In this document: positions 1 to 12,400 of the stretch, in pieces | Layout: every line of letters begins with the position of its first letter | Position numbering within the stretch: position 1 is the stretch's first letter | NCBI RefSeq assembly: GCF_032062105.1 | Contig: NW_026917963.1 | Span: 62,001 to 126,000, forward strand | Length of the DNA: 64,000 bases | Source: Saccostrea cucullata | Taxonomy: Eukaryota | Direction: 5' to 3' | Position numbers and translations under genes: made by a program | The notes under the pieces: generated by a model | Seen by the model: the letters and a program-made list of their open reading frames with translations, nothing else | What the model was told of the DNA's origin: nothing | The model's database searches: none

Positions 1-186
1 GTCGTTTTTTCTCGAACCTTCACCTTTTCCTGTTGGTTTTATAGTTATGAAATATTACTGTTCTCTGTGTTCTGTGCCCGGCAAAACATTCTTTTCACCA
101 TCAGAATCAGAATTGCTGCAAACCCAATATGCTGTTATGTCTGTCACTAGTGTATATATTTTTATATGGAGTAATTTCTCTTGCAG

Positions 187-3100
187 TCGTGTATTTAGGA
201 CCGCTTATTTCTCCAATGGGTATGGTCCTATCTGGCAGGATAATTTACACTGTCTAGGCAATGAGACAGATATAGGAGACTGCGCCTCCAATGGTTGGGG
301 GAACACAGACTGTGGACATGGGGAGGACGCTGGAGTTTCTTGTGGTGAGTAGTTTTGTCACTGTTGTGAGTAGTTTTGTTACTGTGTAGGGAATTGTAGA
401 TGACTGCCTGTGGTATTGGATTCCAAAGGCATCGTAGTTTTGCTAATGGATGCAGTAATGAATGAGTGTCTTGTGATGAGTAGTTTTGTCAGAGTTGTAA
501 GTAGTTATGTCACTGTGTAGAGAATTGTATTGGTGACTGCTCCAATGCTCGGGCTAATGGATGCTGGAGTGTCTTGTGGTGAGTAGTTTTGTCACTGTTG
601 TGAGTAGTTTTGTCCCTGTGTACAGAATTGTATCAGTGACAGCTCCAGTGCTCGGGGTAATGGATGCCGGAGTTTCTTGTGGTGAGTACTTTTGTCTCTG
701 TGTAAGGAATTAAATAGGTGACTGTGATTCCAAAGGCTCGAGGTATCACGGACATTAGAAACTGAATTGCTATATTGTGAGTAGTTTTTTCACTATCCCT
801 GTATAGGTAAATTTTATATGAATGTGTCTCGAATGCTCTGGGTAACATGGACAGTGGACGCTGAATTAAAATTAAGTGAAAAGAGCGTTATCGAACTATG
901 ATACAGACATAATGTTTCTTGAGTGATGAGAGTTATTTCTAAAATTTAACATTATAAGAGATTTAAAGTCAAAACGAAGTTGCTAATTTGTGCAAAATTA
1001 ATGTATCCATACCTTTATTTTTTTTTTTACAAATGTAACTTACATATTGTATTTTTCCATTTTCTCCTATGAACACCTTTTCTATATTCATATGGTGCTA
1101 CATTAGTTTAAAATATATTTTATTCATTAAGAAATGGTGCTACATTAGCCTTTTATCTATTACATAGAACACTATTTAACTATTTCAATACTTTTTGCGA
1201 TAATATCCACATCAGAGTGTTTTTTATTATAGATCCCATTGACTTTGGACAAGTTCCTTCCTTTCAAAGAACAACTAGGGGTAATCCTTGTGTTTTAACT
1301 TCTACTCCTTGCCTGAATGGCGGAACCTGCATTGTCAGCGCTAACTACGGATATACCTGTCAGTGTGCTCAGGGATTTGGGGGACCGTACTGTCGAAATG
1401 GTAAATTTTGTCCAATTCAAAAACAGTTCTTACATTATATTTGCTCTGTTCTATATGAACAGGGCTGTCTCCTTCTCATGGGTGATAAGGATTTTACATC
1501 TTATTTCAGTTTCCTGTGGAATTTTCGTTGAACATTAGATCAAGTTTTGTTTACAATGAAAGCATAATATATTCAGTTAGTGGTAAAATGTATAGACTAA
1601 ACAAAATTTAAAAATGGTTAACTATATATAAAGTTTAGTCATTTTTCATTTCAGTACCTTTGAAACTTCATAATAGAGACATAATAATATATCCAACGAA
1701 TGAATTATTTTAGAAAACTGTTGCAAACATGTTGTGGTCCTTCAAGATTCGCAAGGCATATATATTCATTATATTTTTTTTATCAAATATAATCTTAGGG
1801 GCCATACTGTTTTAGTCTTTCACTTTTTTGCAATATAGATTTTTTATTGAAAAAAAAATCTTTATATTAAATTCGTATTAAATTCTATTTTAAGGACTTG
1901 CACGAACAACACCAAAGGACGCTTGTCGTAGCAATCCTTGTCAAAATAACGGCACTTGTTATCAATCTAATCACCACAATGGGTATCATTGCTCGTGTTC
2001 GAGTGGCTTTACTGGGAACTCTTGTGAAACTATAGGTATGCAATGCAATACAAAAATAATCATCTATTTTTTTAAACTCTTATTGTAAACTTTTTGACTA
2101 ACTCTATTTTATTTTTTTCTTAAAAGCATAATTGTGTTCCTCAGAAAATCTAAAATAAGTTGTAAAAATGTTGTTTCCAAAGACATATAGGTTTGTAATT
2201 ACTTTTAGATTCTTAATCTCAGATTTGGGATTCGTATCAAAAACGCCAGACTGTTTTGATCAAATTAAGAGTTAATGGAATCATGCAGGCATCTGTTTTT
2301 GTTAAAAAAACAATAAATTATATAGTTTTGTTGCCAAAGATTGACTTGTTTCCATTAAAGAGCGAATTACTAGTAGTTGTTTTCATTTGTACATATTCAA
2401 CAGAATTTAAGTTTATCTCAATATTATTATAGATATTGATGTAAACTCAATCGTATCAGTTGGATGTCTTGACAACGCATGGAACATTTCCGTATATCTT
2501 CCCTCTTTACAATCGAAATACCCGGATTTTAAGCCTAATGAATGTTATATAGGCATCGACAATATAAACTGCACAGGATATTTGAATGGAAGTTACTTAT
2601 ACTTCAGGCATGATTACTCGGAATGCAACACCAAAGAAAAGGTATTTTTGGTCTCAATTGTTTTAAAATATAAATGATATACAGATACTTTTAAATTTGT
2701 TATAATTAAATTCCTTTAAAATGCAAGTATCTGGTTTGATTTTAGTGCATCAAGTAATAATTCCTTACGATTTATTATTTCCGAAGACACATACAGAGAA
2801 AGTATTGAATCACACGAAATAAGTAAAATTTAAAATTTTGGTCGATCTAGTCATAAAATGATTTGTTTTCAAATTATAACCATCACTTTAGAATGGCCAT
2901 TTCAATGATAGTTAAAATAATTAAATTTTGTCAATTAATACAAGTCTTCTTTTATTCCTTCTCTTCAGAATTTAACAGAAGGTTTGGAATACAGCAGTGA
3001 GCTGATGTGTCCCCGCCATGATCGACTTTACCACTTCATAATCCGAGAAGTGCGCCTCCGGAGAACTCTTCTCTGCAAATTCTTCTCTCTAAACAGTGCT

Positions 3101-4141
3101 TCCTCTACTTTAAGGGACCGACTTGTGCACCTTCAGTATTTTTCTGATCCTTCGCTTTCGCGCTCAAAGTCTTTTGATAATTCTCAAGTTGGAGATAAAG
3201 TATATGTAAGGGCATTTAGTGACGTCACAGATAGCCATCTCAAAATGAGGCTGTCCTATTGTTATACAACACCAGCAATCGTCACCGAATCAAAGATGCA
3301 ATATTTCATAATTCGAAATGGGTAAAATATTTGATTCTTGCTTCTTCAGTCCAAGATTTCTATTGTCTATCATAAGATTGTAAGAAAAGTGCAAAACAGT
3401 ATATCAGAAAATACAAATTTTAAGCTCTTGCTCATTACCTGCAACCTAATCGATCTTTTGGATTATGAATATACAACTTTCACAGAATAAAAAACGTTTT
3501 TCATGGTTCTGGCACACGTTTTGTACGAGAACTTACTGTATGAGTGGATGTATCATTTTGTAGGTGTGTAGTTGATCCAAATGCAGTGATCTTTTACCAG
3601 TCTACTCACGAAACAAGATTCTCTTTTGAGTATATTCAGTTCACCAACAGCCACGATTCTATCAGTCTATACTGTAACGCTACATTCTGTCATACAAACG
3701 ATCATTCTCCCGCCTGTCAAACCACGTGTCATAGTCACGTGGTCAGAAGATTAAGGGGACATAAGAATGACATTGATTTATCAGATGAGGATGATACATT
3801 TAAAATGGATGTAGGCAAGTAAATACAATTGTTAATTTTGAAGGCAGTAACGAACCATAATAAAAATGACTTTGTACGTTTCCAATAAAGCATTTCTTAA
3901 TGTAAAGGAGGAAAAAGTAGTCCCTCCATTGATAAGTTCAAACAGTAAGATGCATTTAATGTATGCTCAATCTTTATTACTTACAGATGACAAACAGGTG
4001 ACAAATGTCAAGTCGAAGAAGGACTCAGCCTTGACGCCAGTGACTGTGATATCTGTGATTATTGGAGTCTGTGTTTTAGCGGTGTTAGCCATTGCAGTGA
4101 TTGTGAAGACAAAACGAAACAGGACTACTCTGAAGTTGTGA
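187..4141 (+). CDS. 3' part of an SRCR-EGF-EGF-ZP-transmembrane protein (DMBT1/uromodulin-like); exons 187-344, 1233-1400, 1895-2035, 2433-2641, 2969-3321, 3564-3814, 3987-4141; 5' exons lie outside the window
   Basis: SRCR C-terminal half (GPIWQDNLHCLGNETDIGDC...CGHGEDAGVSC), two EGF exons (CLNGGTC...CQCAQGFGGPYC; CQNNGTC...CSCSSGFTGNSC), ZP-like exons (CYTTP...IIRNGC; RFSFEYIQF...LYCNATFC), basic furin-like RRLR, hydrophobic helix VTVISVIIGVCVLAVLAIAVIV, then TGA. Splice phases are consistent. Confidence 0.88.
320..860 (+). repeat. Degenerate tandem duplications of the SRCR exon 3' end plus its splice donor
   Basis: The unit (gctggagt.tcttgtg)gtgagtagttttgtcactg recurs near 330, 465, 565, 665 and 775, interleaved with decayed gactgc.tccaatg exon sequence. 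Confidence 0.75.
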
Positions 4142-4779
4142 AATTCTTATTTTTGTACCTCATTTAACTAAGAAAAGACACTTCCTTACGTGTCTCAATC
4201 TTCAAAGGGATGTCAGGAGATTTGATTTCTGTTTATATGTATTATGAGATATGACATTATTATCAACATCTTTTGCTGGTCGGGAATCGATAGAAATGTC
4301 TGTTTATTTATGTCAAAAAAGGTGTCAATCTTGACATTTCTCCTAATTGGAATATTTTACAGTGTATATGACATATTTGGTAATATTTGATTTTATTCTT
4401 TAAGTATTGTTTTGATAAATATAAAAATATTTTCCTCTTGTTTATAAAATATTTAAATTTACAGTTTCTGTACTAAACATAAAGTTACTAACCATTAAAA
4501 AACCGAGGTCACCGTATCGCAGAAGGTCAAAATTTTCGAGAGGAACGTTAAACAGCAATCAAACAATCCTCTTTCCTTCAAACTTATTTTAAATTATTTC
4601 ATTATTCTTCGTTACTGGGTTGAAGCTTATTTTTCAAAACCCTCCATCTCTGCAAACAAGGTTTGGGGGTCTAAAAATATTCCTGCATGAATGTCTTCTT
4701 GTCAGAGCTTTCAATAATTCCAGGTTCTTGGCGATAAATTCCACACACGATAAATTAAAGTCCAGGCTTTTTTTATTAT

Positions 4780-5960
4780 CATTGACAGCTTTTTTTCAAT
4801 GAAAATGGAACCCGTAAATTTACTTACCTTGCCATTGGTCATTTGCAAAATTATTTTGTGAAAAAAACATTCTGATTTAAAACACAAGTATTCTGAAGTT
4901 GACATCAAAAAGATGCTAGAGTTTCTGATTAACAATATCTATGTTGTTTGGGGAGACCAGGTCTTCCAATCGTCCCGTTGTAAGAAGACCTATTTTTGTA
5001 TTCATATGAAGCAGAATCTGTGGAAAATATGTGTGAAAAAAAGAAGAAAACACTTGCTGTGGCCTTCAACTTGACATTTAGATATATCGACGACGTATTG
5101 TCAATTAACAATGGTAATTTCCATTCTTATGTCGATACGATACATCCTGGTCAGGGGCGTAGCAACCGGGGGGGCAGGGGGGGGGGCGAAATAGGATTTT
5201 CGACTTTGGGCAACTTTTCCTTTTTTTTTTTATTTGCTAGTCAACTTTTTCAGGTAAGTAAAAAATTTTTTTTCTCTGGCTGCCCCCACCCACTTTCAAA
5301 AACGATGCTACGCCACTGCTGGTGAGCTTGAGATAAAAGATACCACAGAGTCTGACACATTTGTTTCCTATTTGGATATATTACTTGAATAAGACATTAA
5401 TGGTAATCTAACAACCAAGGTCCTTTATAAACGGGATGACTTTAACTCTTCAATCGTCAACTTCCCTTAATTATGCAGCAATATGCCTTCATCACCTGCA
5501 TACGGAGTTCATATATGTATATCTCAGTTGATTGGATACGCAAGAGTATGCTCTACGTATGAACATTTTTATAAAACGAGGTAAATTATTGACAAACAAG
5601 TTGATGTATCAAGAATGTAAGCAGACGCGTTTAAAGTCATCATTTCGTAAGTTCTATGGTCGATACAATGACCTTGTAAGCAAATAAAATTTATCATTGA
5701 GTCAAATGCTGACTGACGTTTTTCATACTAATTGTTAGTCCATTATTTATACACTGAATTGACGACGTATTTTCCCGTTATTTCCCGATCATGACAAGGA
5801 GCACACGGTGAGCGGTTGTGACCGGTCGGCAGAGGTTGCTCACTCCTCCATGGCACCTGATCCCACCTCTGATGTTTTGGAGGTCCTTGTTTGCTCTGCT
5901 CCTGTTTTGTATTGTTTTATCGACATTCAGTCTTGAATACTGTTCGTTATCTCCATATGT
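4780..5960 (+). mobile_element. Degenerate Penelope-like retroelement fragment (RT 3' part and 3' UTR)
   Basis: Translation gives LFLYSYEAE, FRYIDDVLSINN, then across stops and frameshifts KRDDFN.SIVNFP..SN.PSSPAYGV and SQLIGYARVCS. It ends with the conserved 3' motif tgaccggtcggcagagg...ggcacctgatcccacctctg. The family assignment is from recall. Confidence 0.7.
5152..5318. mobile_element. MITE with CAG...CTG termini and 5-bp TSD CTGGT, inserted in the Penelope-like RT
   Basis: TIR cagggg cgtagca / tgctacgccactg; ctggt at 5147-5151 and 5319-5323. Removing it restores the RT frame IHPG|ELEIKDT. Confidence 0.9.
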
Positions 5961-7746
5961 TTCATTGGCAAAAGTATTGATAATAACATTGGTATGTCAT
6001 GAACTGAGATCAGGGTTACCACCAATTTGGTATAAATTTCTCAAAAATTTTCACAATCTTGTCACGTGACTCTAACACACATGAAGACATGAAAATACAC
6101 ATTACACACAAAATCTTGATGTAAGGATTGTTAACGTTATAATAAGTATATTTTTGATTGAATTCCTTAAATAGATTTTTCGTAAGTTTTCTGACAATTT
6201 GAAAAATAAAAAAGTCAGTTTAGCATGAGAGAATGTATTTGTAAACTTGTGGTCTTCTTGTTTAAATGAGATTAATATCGAGTTCGTTTCATCAACTTTT
6301 TTGTCAATAGTCGATAACTTGCCTTATTCCTCTACGTAAAGCATACTCTTGCGTAACGAAACAGCTGGGAGATGAGGGAAGTATTGACAAGGGAAAAGTT
6401 ATCTTGTTTATCAAATATTTTTTTTTTTGTAATTTTACAATTACATGTAATGTATATTTCTAGTAAGATATTCAAATATAAAACAGATGTGTAAGACTCC
6501 TTGGAATCTTTTATTTTGAGTACATGGAGACATACATGTTTGGTATCAGTGTAGCAATTAAAAAAGGATATTGTTATTTGATAAAACGACTTCGATAATT
6601 CCTAAAGGTTGAATTGAAGGTCACAACAAGAAACATCTTTTTATATTAAGTTTCTTAATATATATCCTGCTTCATATGAATTCAGAAAGATTACTGGAAG
6701 ATTTCTTCTCCAAAATCAAAAGATACTGCCAATTAGAAACTCAAGCATCTACAAACAATAAAATGCCTTTCTATGTCAATCTGATAAAATTCAGAATCAT
6801 ATAGCACATTTATTTGCTTCTTTCATAACAAACTTCTTATTACAAGAGACCCATATATGTCTATGGTTTTATGTACATATATTTTTCTGCCATGTTTAAT
6901 ACTGTAAGTAGAAATATATGGTGAGGATGTAAAGAATTGAAGAAATATTGTGTGTATCTAATTAATTATTTAATTTTGCACGAAGACCAGTTTTAACAAT
7001 TCATGACTGACCAGTCCTATTGCAAAATAAAATTTTGAAAGGCCAAGTTCAACAGGTAGGTCAATTTGACCTTCTTTTTCGGTAATCGACACATTTTGGG
7101 ATCCTAAATACTTTGTTTTTCTAATCCACTCTGTTACTAAAATATTTAAATTTAAACCAAAAAAATATATGTTTCTAATTTAACACCTCTGCTTCCCCAA
7201 AAAATAATAAATAAAACGTTCTGAAAATGATTCAGAGAGTAGCTCACGATGACTTATTCTTTGGTTGAGGCACTCCCGGGAACTCTAATGCATCAATTTT
7301 AAATTCTGATAATCGTAGGCTTCCAAATGTGCAAAATATGCATCAATATTATATGTTTCAGTGCATGATAAAAATACCTTTGAACGATGTCTTTGTAACT
7401 GAGCTCAAGTGTGGTGGAAGGATACAAAACGGACATAACAAATGCCACCTATATATAAGCAGAAATTTTAGTGAGGATTCAATTTTGGCATTTTAGTGAG
7501 GGCTAAATTTACTAGTAAATATCACTGAAAATTCCACATTTCTGGGTTATCATTATCTTTGTATAACGCTAAAATTACTTCCCTTTAAAACTAAATATCA
7601 ATTTTATATCATGAGAACAGGAAATGAATCTTGCTAAAAATTTCACTTGTATGGGATATGCTTTATTCATGATCTTCCTTAAAATAACTTTGAAGAAATA
7701 AATTTCCCAAACTTGTTGTACTTGTCTCACTGGATTCTGATATAAA

Positions 7747-8007
7747 CTGTTTGTCAACTTTTATTTGCGAAGACTTTATTTCGCCATTTACCAGGAGTAA
7801 ACTAGTTCGCAAAAATTGATTTTCGCGTCCAAGGCTTTATTTTGCGATCTACCAGGGGTAACCTAGTTCGCAACGATTAATTTTCGCGACCAAGGCTTTT
7901 TGGATCTGTTGTTAATAGAAAGAGACGTGAAGGACTGGTTCACGGCAATAAATATGCGCAATGCTATCGCAAAAATTTCTCGCACGCAAATAAAAGTTGG
8001 TTTACAG
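7747..8007. mobile_element. Tc1/mariner-type MITE (CTGT...ACAG, TA flank on the right), degenerate
   Basis: ctgtttgtcaacttttatttgcg versus cgcaaataaaagttggtttacag-ta; internal ttcgcg repeats. Confidence 0.65.
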
Positions 8008-8554
8008 TATACCAAGTTAGCATTTCTTTGAATTTCAATGCATTCAGATTGGCTAATTAAACAGGATTTTTTCACTTTCTGAAGTAATTTTATCCATTTT
8101 CTTAACATAGTGTACACTACAGTAATTACATTGTACTTGTATGCAATTTTATTTTGAAGGGAGAGTCTTGAATTGTCTACTATCCTGGAACCGAGAAAAA
8201 AATGTTTACTCTACATTGCATATCTGTAGTGCTGTTGCTCCTGAAAATTACATTCATGAAGAATGCTTTACTTAGCAATCTAAATACTCTGAAAGCAGCA
8301 AAATAGCATATTAATTAAAGACTATATATTTATGTTCTTAAAGTTGAAGAAACATTTAATTTTTTTTACTTTTATTTGAAAGAAAATGCTCCATTACAAA
8401 GAATTAATTTACATGAACTGAAAATTTACTTTGATTCTGAATAATGTATTTGAATTCAGCTATATATTTTTTTTTGAACTTCTTACACTCCCAAAATTTC
8501 ATACCATATTAAAGTACATCTAGACGATGGTGATATAAGAATGAATTACAAATA

Positions 8555-8741
8555 CAGTGGACCCTCATTTATCCGGACGCTTTGGTTCCCAGTTAATTTG
8601 TCCGGATATGTGAAGCATCCGGATATCTGAATCAACAGTTAAACAAGACAAAATAACATTTAAAAATTTCGTTCCGATGAAAAATCGTCCGGATACTGAA
8701 GCATCCGGATATCTGGCGTCCGGATATCTGAAGGTCCACTG
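8555..8741. mobile_element. Tc1/mariner (pogo/Tigger-like) MITE
   Basis: TA-cagtggaccctca ... tgaaggtccactg-TA; internal tccggata repeats. Confidence 0.85.
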
Positions 8742-9430
8742 TATGTGAAAACATGTCTCTTCAGAAATCCATGACGTGGAAAATTCAACATATTACTACA
8801 GTATCTTACACAATACCTAGTAAAAATTCACACAAAATTTAACATTTTACAATTACACAACTCACAGCCTTATCAGGCTTATTTTGAACAGATTCTTACA
8901 GTATAATAATTGTGATTTTTATTCATAGTAGCTTTAAAACATAATTATGACCTAAACAGATACAATGAATCACTTTTACAATGAAGCAAAACAATGCATT
9001 CCAGGCAATTCAATTTAAGCATATTTTATTGTGATGTAAAATATAATTTATATGAATAATAAAACCTCAGACAAATGATCCTGATTACCATGATTGTGAA
9101 ACCGAAAATAATGAAACACAGCATACTGCATAAAAGCATCTATACCATTTCAAAAAATGTTCAAATTTTTATGCACATTCTTTTTTTTAATGTTTTAGCT
9201 ATATAAATAACAGAGAAGACTCATTAATTTATAAAACTATAAAATTCATAGAATTCCTTCTGATTTTTTTTTTAATTTATATGTTCAATTCAGTGTAAAT
9301 ATGATGAAGTTGTTCTGTTGTTTATATTCAGTATCCATTGTTTATATCCAGTCCCTGTTGTTTATATCCACTTTTCATTGTTTATATCCCTCTCATTTCT
9401 ATCCAGTCTCTATTTATATTCCTCCAGTGT

Positions 9431-12400
9431 TTACTTCTTTCTCCCTCCTCTCTCCTTTAGCTGTAGGGAGATGGTACCTCCTTGGACTACATTGTAGTAA
9501 GCCAGAGAGTTGGAATCTTTCACAAAGATACCCTAAAAAACAGCAGAACAAATGTCAAGCAACAGAAACAATGGTGCCTGACATGATACAGGACAGAAAC
9601 AGCATACCCCCGTACATCTATGCTGCTGACCCTTGTTTGGTGTTTACAAGGAAGTCTATTGCTGTATACAGGGTTATTTTGGCCACACATTATTTTCGCC
9701 CTTTCACACTTGCAGACAATTTTGTCCCATTAAATTCGCACATCCATAGTTTTATTTAAGAAATTATACTGTATTCTTTTAATTCACCCGTTTTGAATTC
9801 GTTCAAATAAGGGAAGGGCGAAAGAAGCGAAAATAAAATGGGCGAAAATTTCCCTGTTGCCTTCTAGAAAATTTTAAAAAATTTCCCACTTGAAATAAGG
9901 ATATGTATGAGTTAGGTATTAATCAAGAACAACTTTTTATACAAAACACTGTTTTTCATTAAATCTAAACTGATTATTCTGGAATGGATCTATCTCTAGT
10001 GAAAATGGTTTGCATTTCTTTGTACGAAATTAATATTTTTAAGTTTCCAAAGACCATGGTGTCACACCCATTCAACCACCATTAACAATGCTCATCAACC
10101 TGGATGGAACATTTGTAATATTACAAGTTTATACACATATATAAAGCTCAAGTCTCACCTCATATTGAAGTTTCTGTTTACCAGCTGGGATGCCAAGGCT
10201 TTCATTCAGTTTGGCTTTCATTACAGAAATCTGCAACAGAAAGAATTTCTGTGAAAAATGATAATTTAAGACTTGTTGAAATACTTTAATCACTGTCAGA
10301 CATTTGGTCCGACAAAGTCAAATGTTCTGTCGGACCAGTCAAAGTTTTGTCAGACCAGATACATGTACCTTATCATCAGGGCTCGAGCTGTGATTCGCCA
10401 TTGTCGCCAATTGCGAATTTTTTTCAAAAGTGGCGAAAAGAAATTCATAAGTGGCGAAAATGTAGTGATTTTTTAGATGTACCATGTACAAAATTTGTGT
10501 AGTCCTGGTTAGCTTCTTTGTTTATTCAATGTACACAGATAAGTCCCTTTGTTTACTTAATGCAGCAGAGGTGTGAAAACTGAAACCTACATACAGGAAA
10601 TCACGTCTCGCTTGAACGAACAATGCTAATAATAATAATAATAATAATATCCTTTATTTATACAGGATTGCACAATTAGTTTACAACTAGTTTACATTGT
10701 GGTCCTGAAAACATATATACAGACAGATGATTATGTACAGAAACATAATACTCAGTAAATGTAAAGCAAGTAGCTACTAAAATCAATATATACACATGGT
10801 TTGTGTTACGTTACCACCAAAAACAATCATATTTACCATCTAAGTAATTATATTTTAATTTGACGACTGGTAATAATTTCTTATGTATGATGTTTTAAAA
10901 CTTTGCAAAGATGGACAATTCTTTAAAAAATTCTGGTAAATTATTCCATAGCTGGGAACCATAAATTGTGAAAGATCTTCTATAATATTCTGTTTTAGCC
11001 CTCGGAATGTACAATGAATTACTTTGACTCAATCTTGTAGCTCTGTTGTTTATTTCATGTACAAACTTAAAAACATCTAAATAATCTGGAGTTAATCCGT
11101 GAAGAACTTTAAAAACAAGGATGACAGTTCTATACATAAAATAATCATTAATTGGCATCCATCTCAGTTGTAAAAACATTTCCGATGTAGGTGTATAAAA
11201 AGTTGTATTCAAAATCACTCTAGCAGCTCGCTTTTGGAGTTTACATAGTTTGCTAAGACTCTCTTTGTTTTGTTTGCTGACTAGGTAACTAGCCTGGAGC
11301 AATAAAGGTTTACAAAATTGCTTGAAATAATATGATTTGGATTAAACAAGGGGGGATAAAGTGTTATTCGGAGATGAAGTTTGTAAATAAAAGATTTTTA
11401 TTAACAAAATCTGGATCTATGTAGATCGTTTTTTTTAAAACCGAAAGTAGGGAAACATGACGAAAATTGTCAAGAATGGCTTCAAATTTTGCCTAATGTA
11501 AATTTAAAAAAGTGTACATTAATACACCATTAACTGACAAAGAGTGAAAAAGAAATTGGTTTGGAAACAGAATTATCTTTAGTTAGTAAATTACAATAAC
11601 ATGAGCTTGCATATTAAACCCTAGAGTCTCCAAGCTGTTAAGTTTCAAACCTAATTTTCATTACTTTTTAATTTACTTCTTTTCACAATTAATTAATGAA
11701 ATTATGAAAATTTCCATTTTTAAAAAAATGTCATATTTTAACTAGGTCTTTAGCCCCCCCCCCCCCCTCCTTCCCAGGCTAAAAAAAATATAAACAAGAG
11801 GACTTTTCTGTCAAGAGTTGGCTGATATCAATACAATATCAAATTAATTGTGTAATTCCAACATTATTATTCTTTTTTTAAATGGATACTACCACAAGCT
11901 TTAAACATTACAAATTTAAAACAATATCTGTGTCAGATAAACATAATAAAAAAATTGAATAACAAAAAGTGCATTGCATTGTCGATAAATCAGATGTAAG
12001 TATGCCTTTTCTTAAAGCTTGTGTCGCGAAAAGTGGCGAAAAATATTTTCGGTCCAGTGGGAGCCCTGCTTATCATGGTTATTTTCCTTTCTTGGGATAG
12101 AGAATCTTTAACAATAGACATAAATGACACCTTTTATGACTTTGCTATAACAAATATAATTGGCTATTGTCAATATACTGTGTATGTTGCCATTTTTTCT
12201 GTGTTTGTGACCTTTAACTACACATCCTGATCCCGACCTTTCTCAAATTTGCAATACGCTCAATTTTTTTTTCAAATGGTCACCCAGACCATTGTTCTCT
12301 TAAATGTTATCGGTTTAAACAAATTTTTACCGGCCATGCTGACAGGATCGATGGATTTCAACAAGTCTGAATTTCAATATTCTATTTTCATAGGACTATG

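Noticed and set aside
9301-9759. Plus-strand ORFs overlapping SF3A1 (9301, 13663, 21949 and similar)
   Set aside because: They are antisense shadows of real exons or low-complexity UTR, with no independent splice structure.
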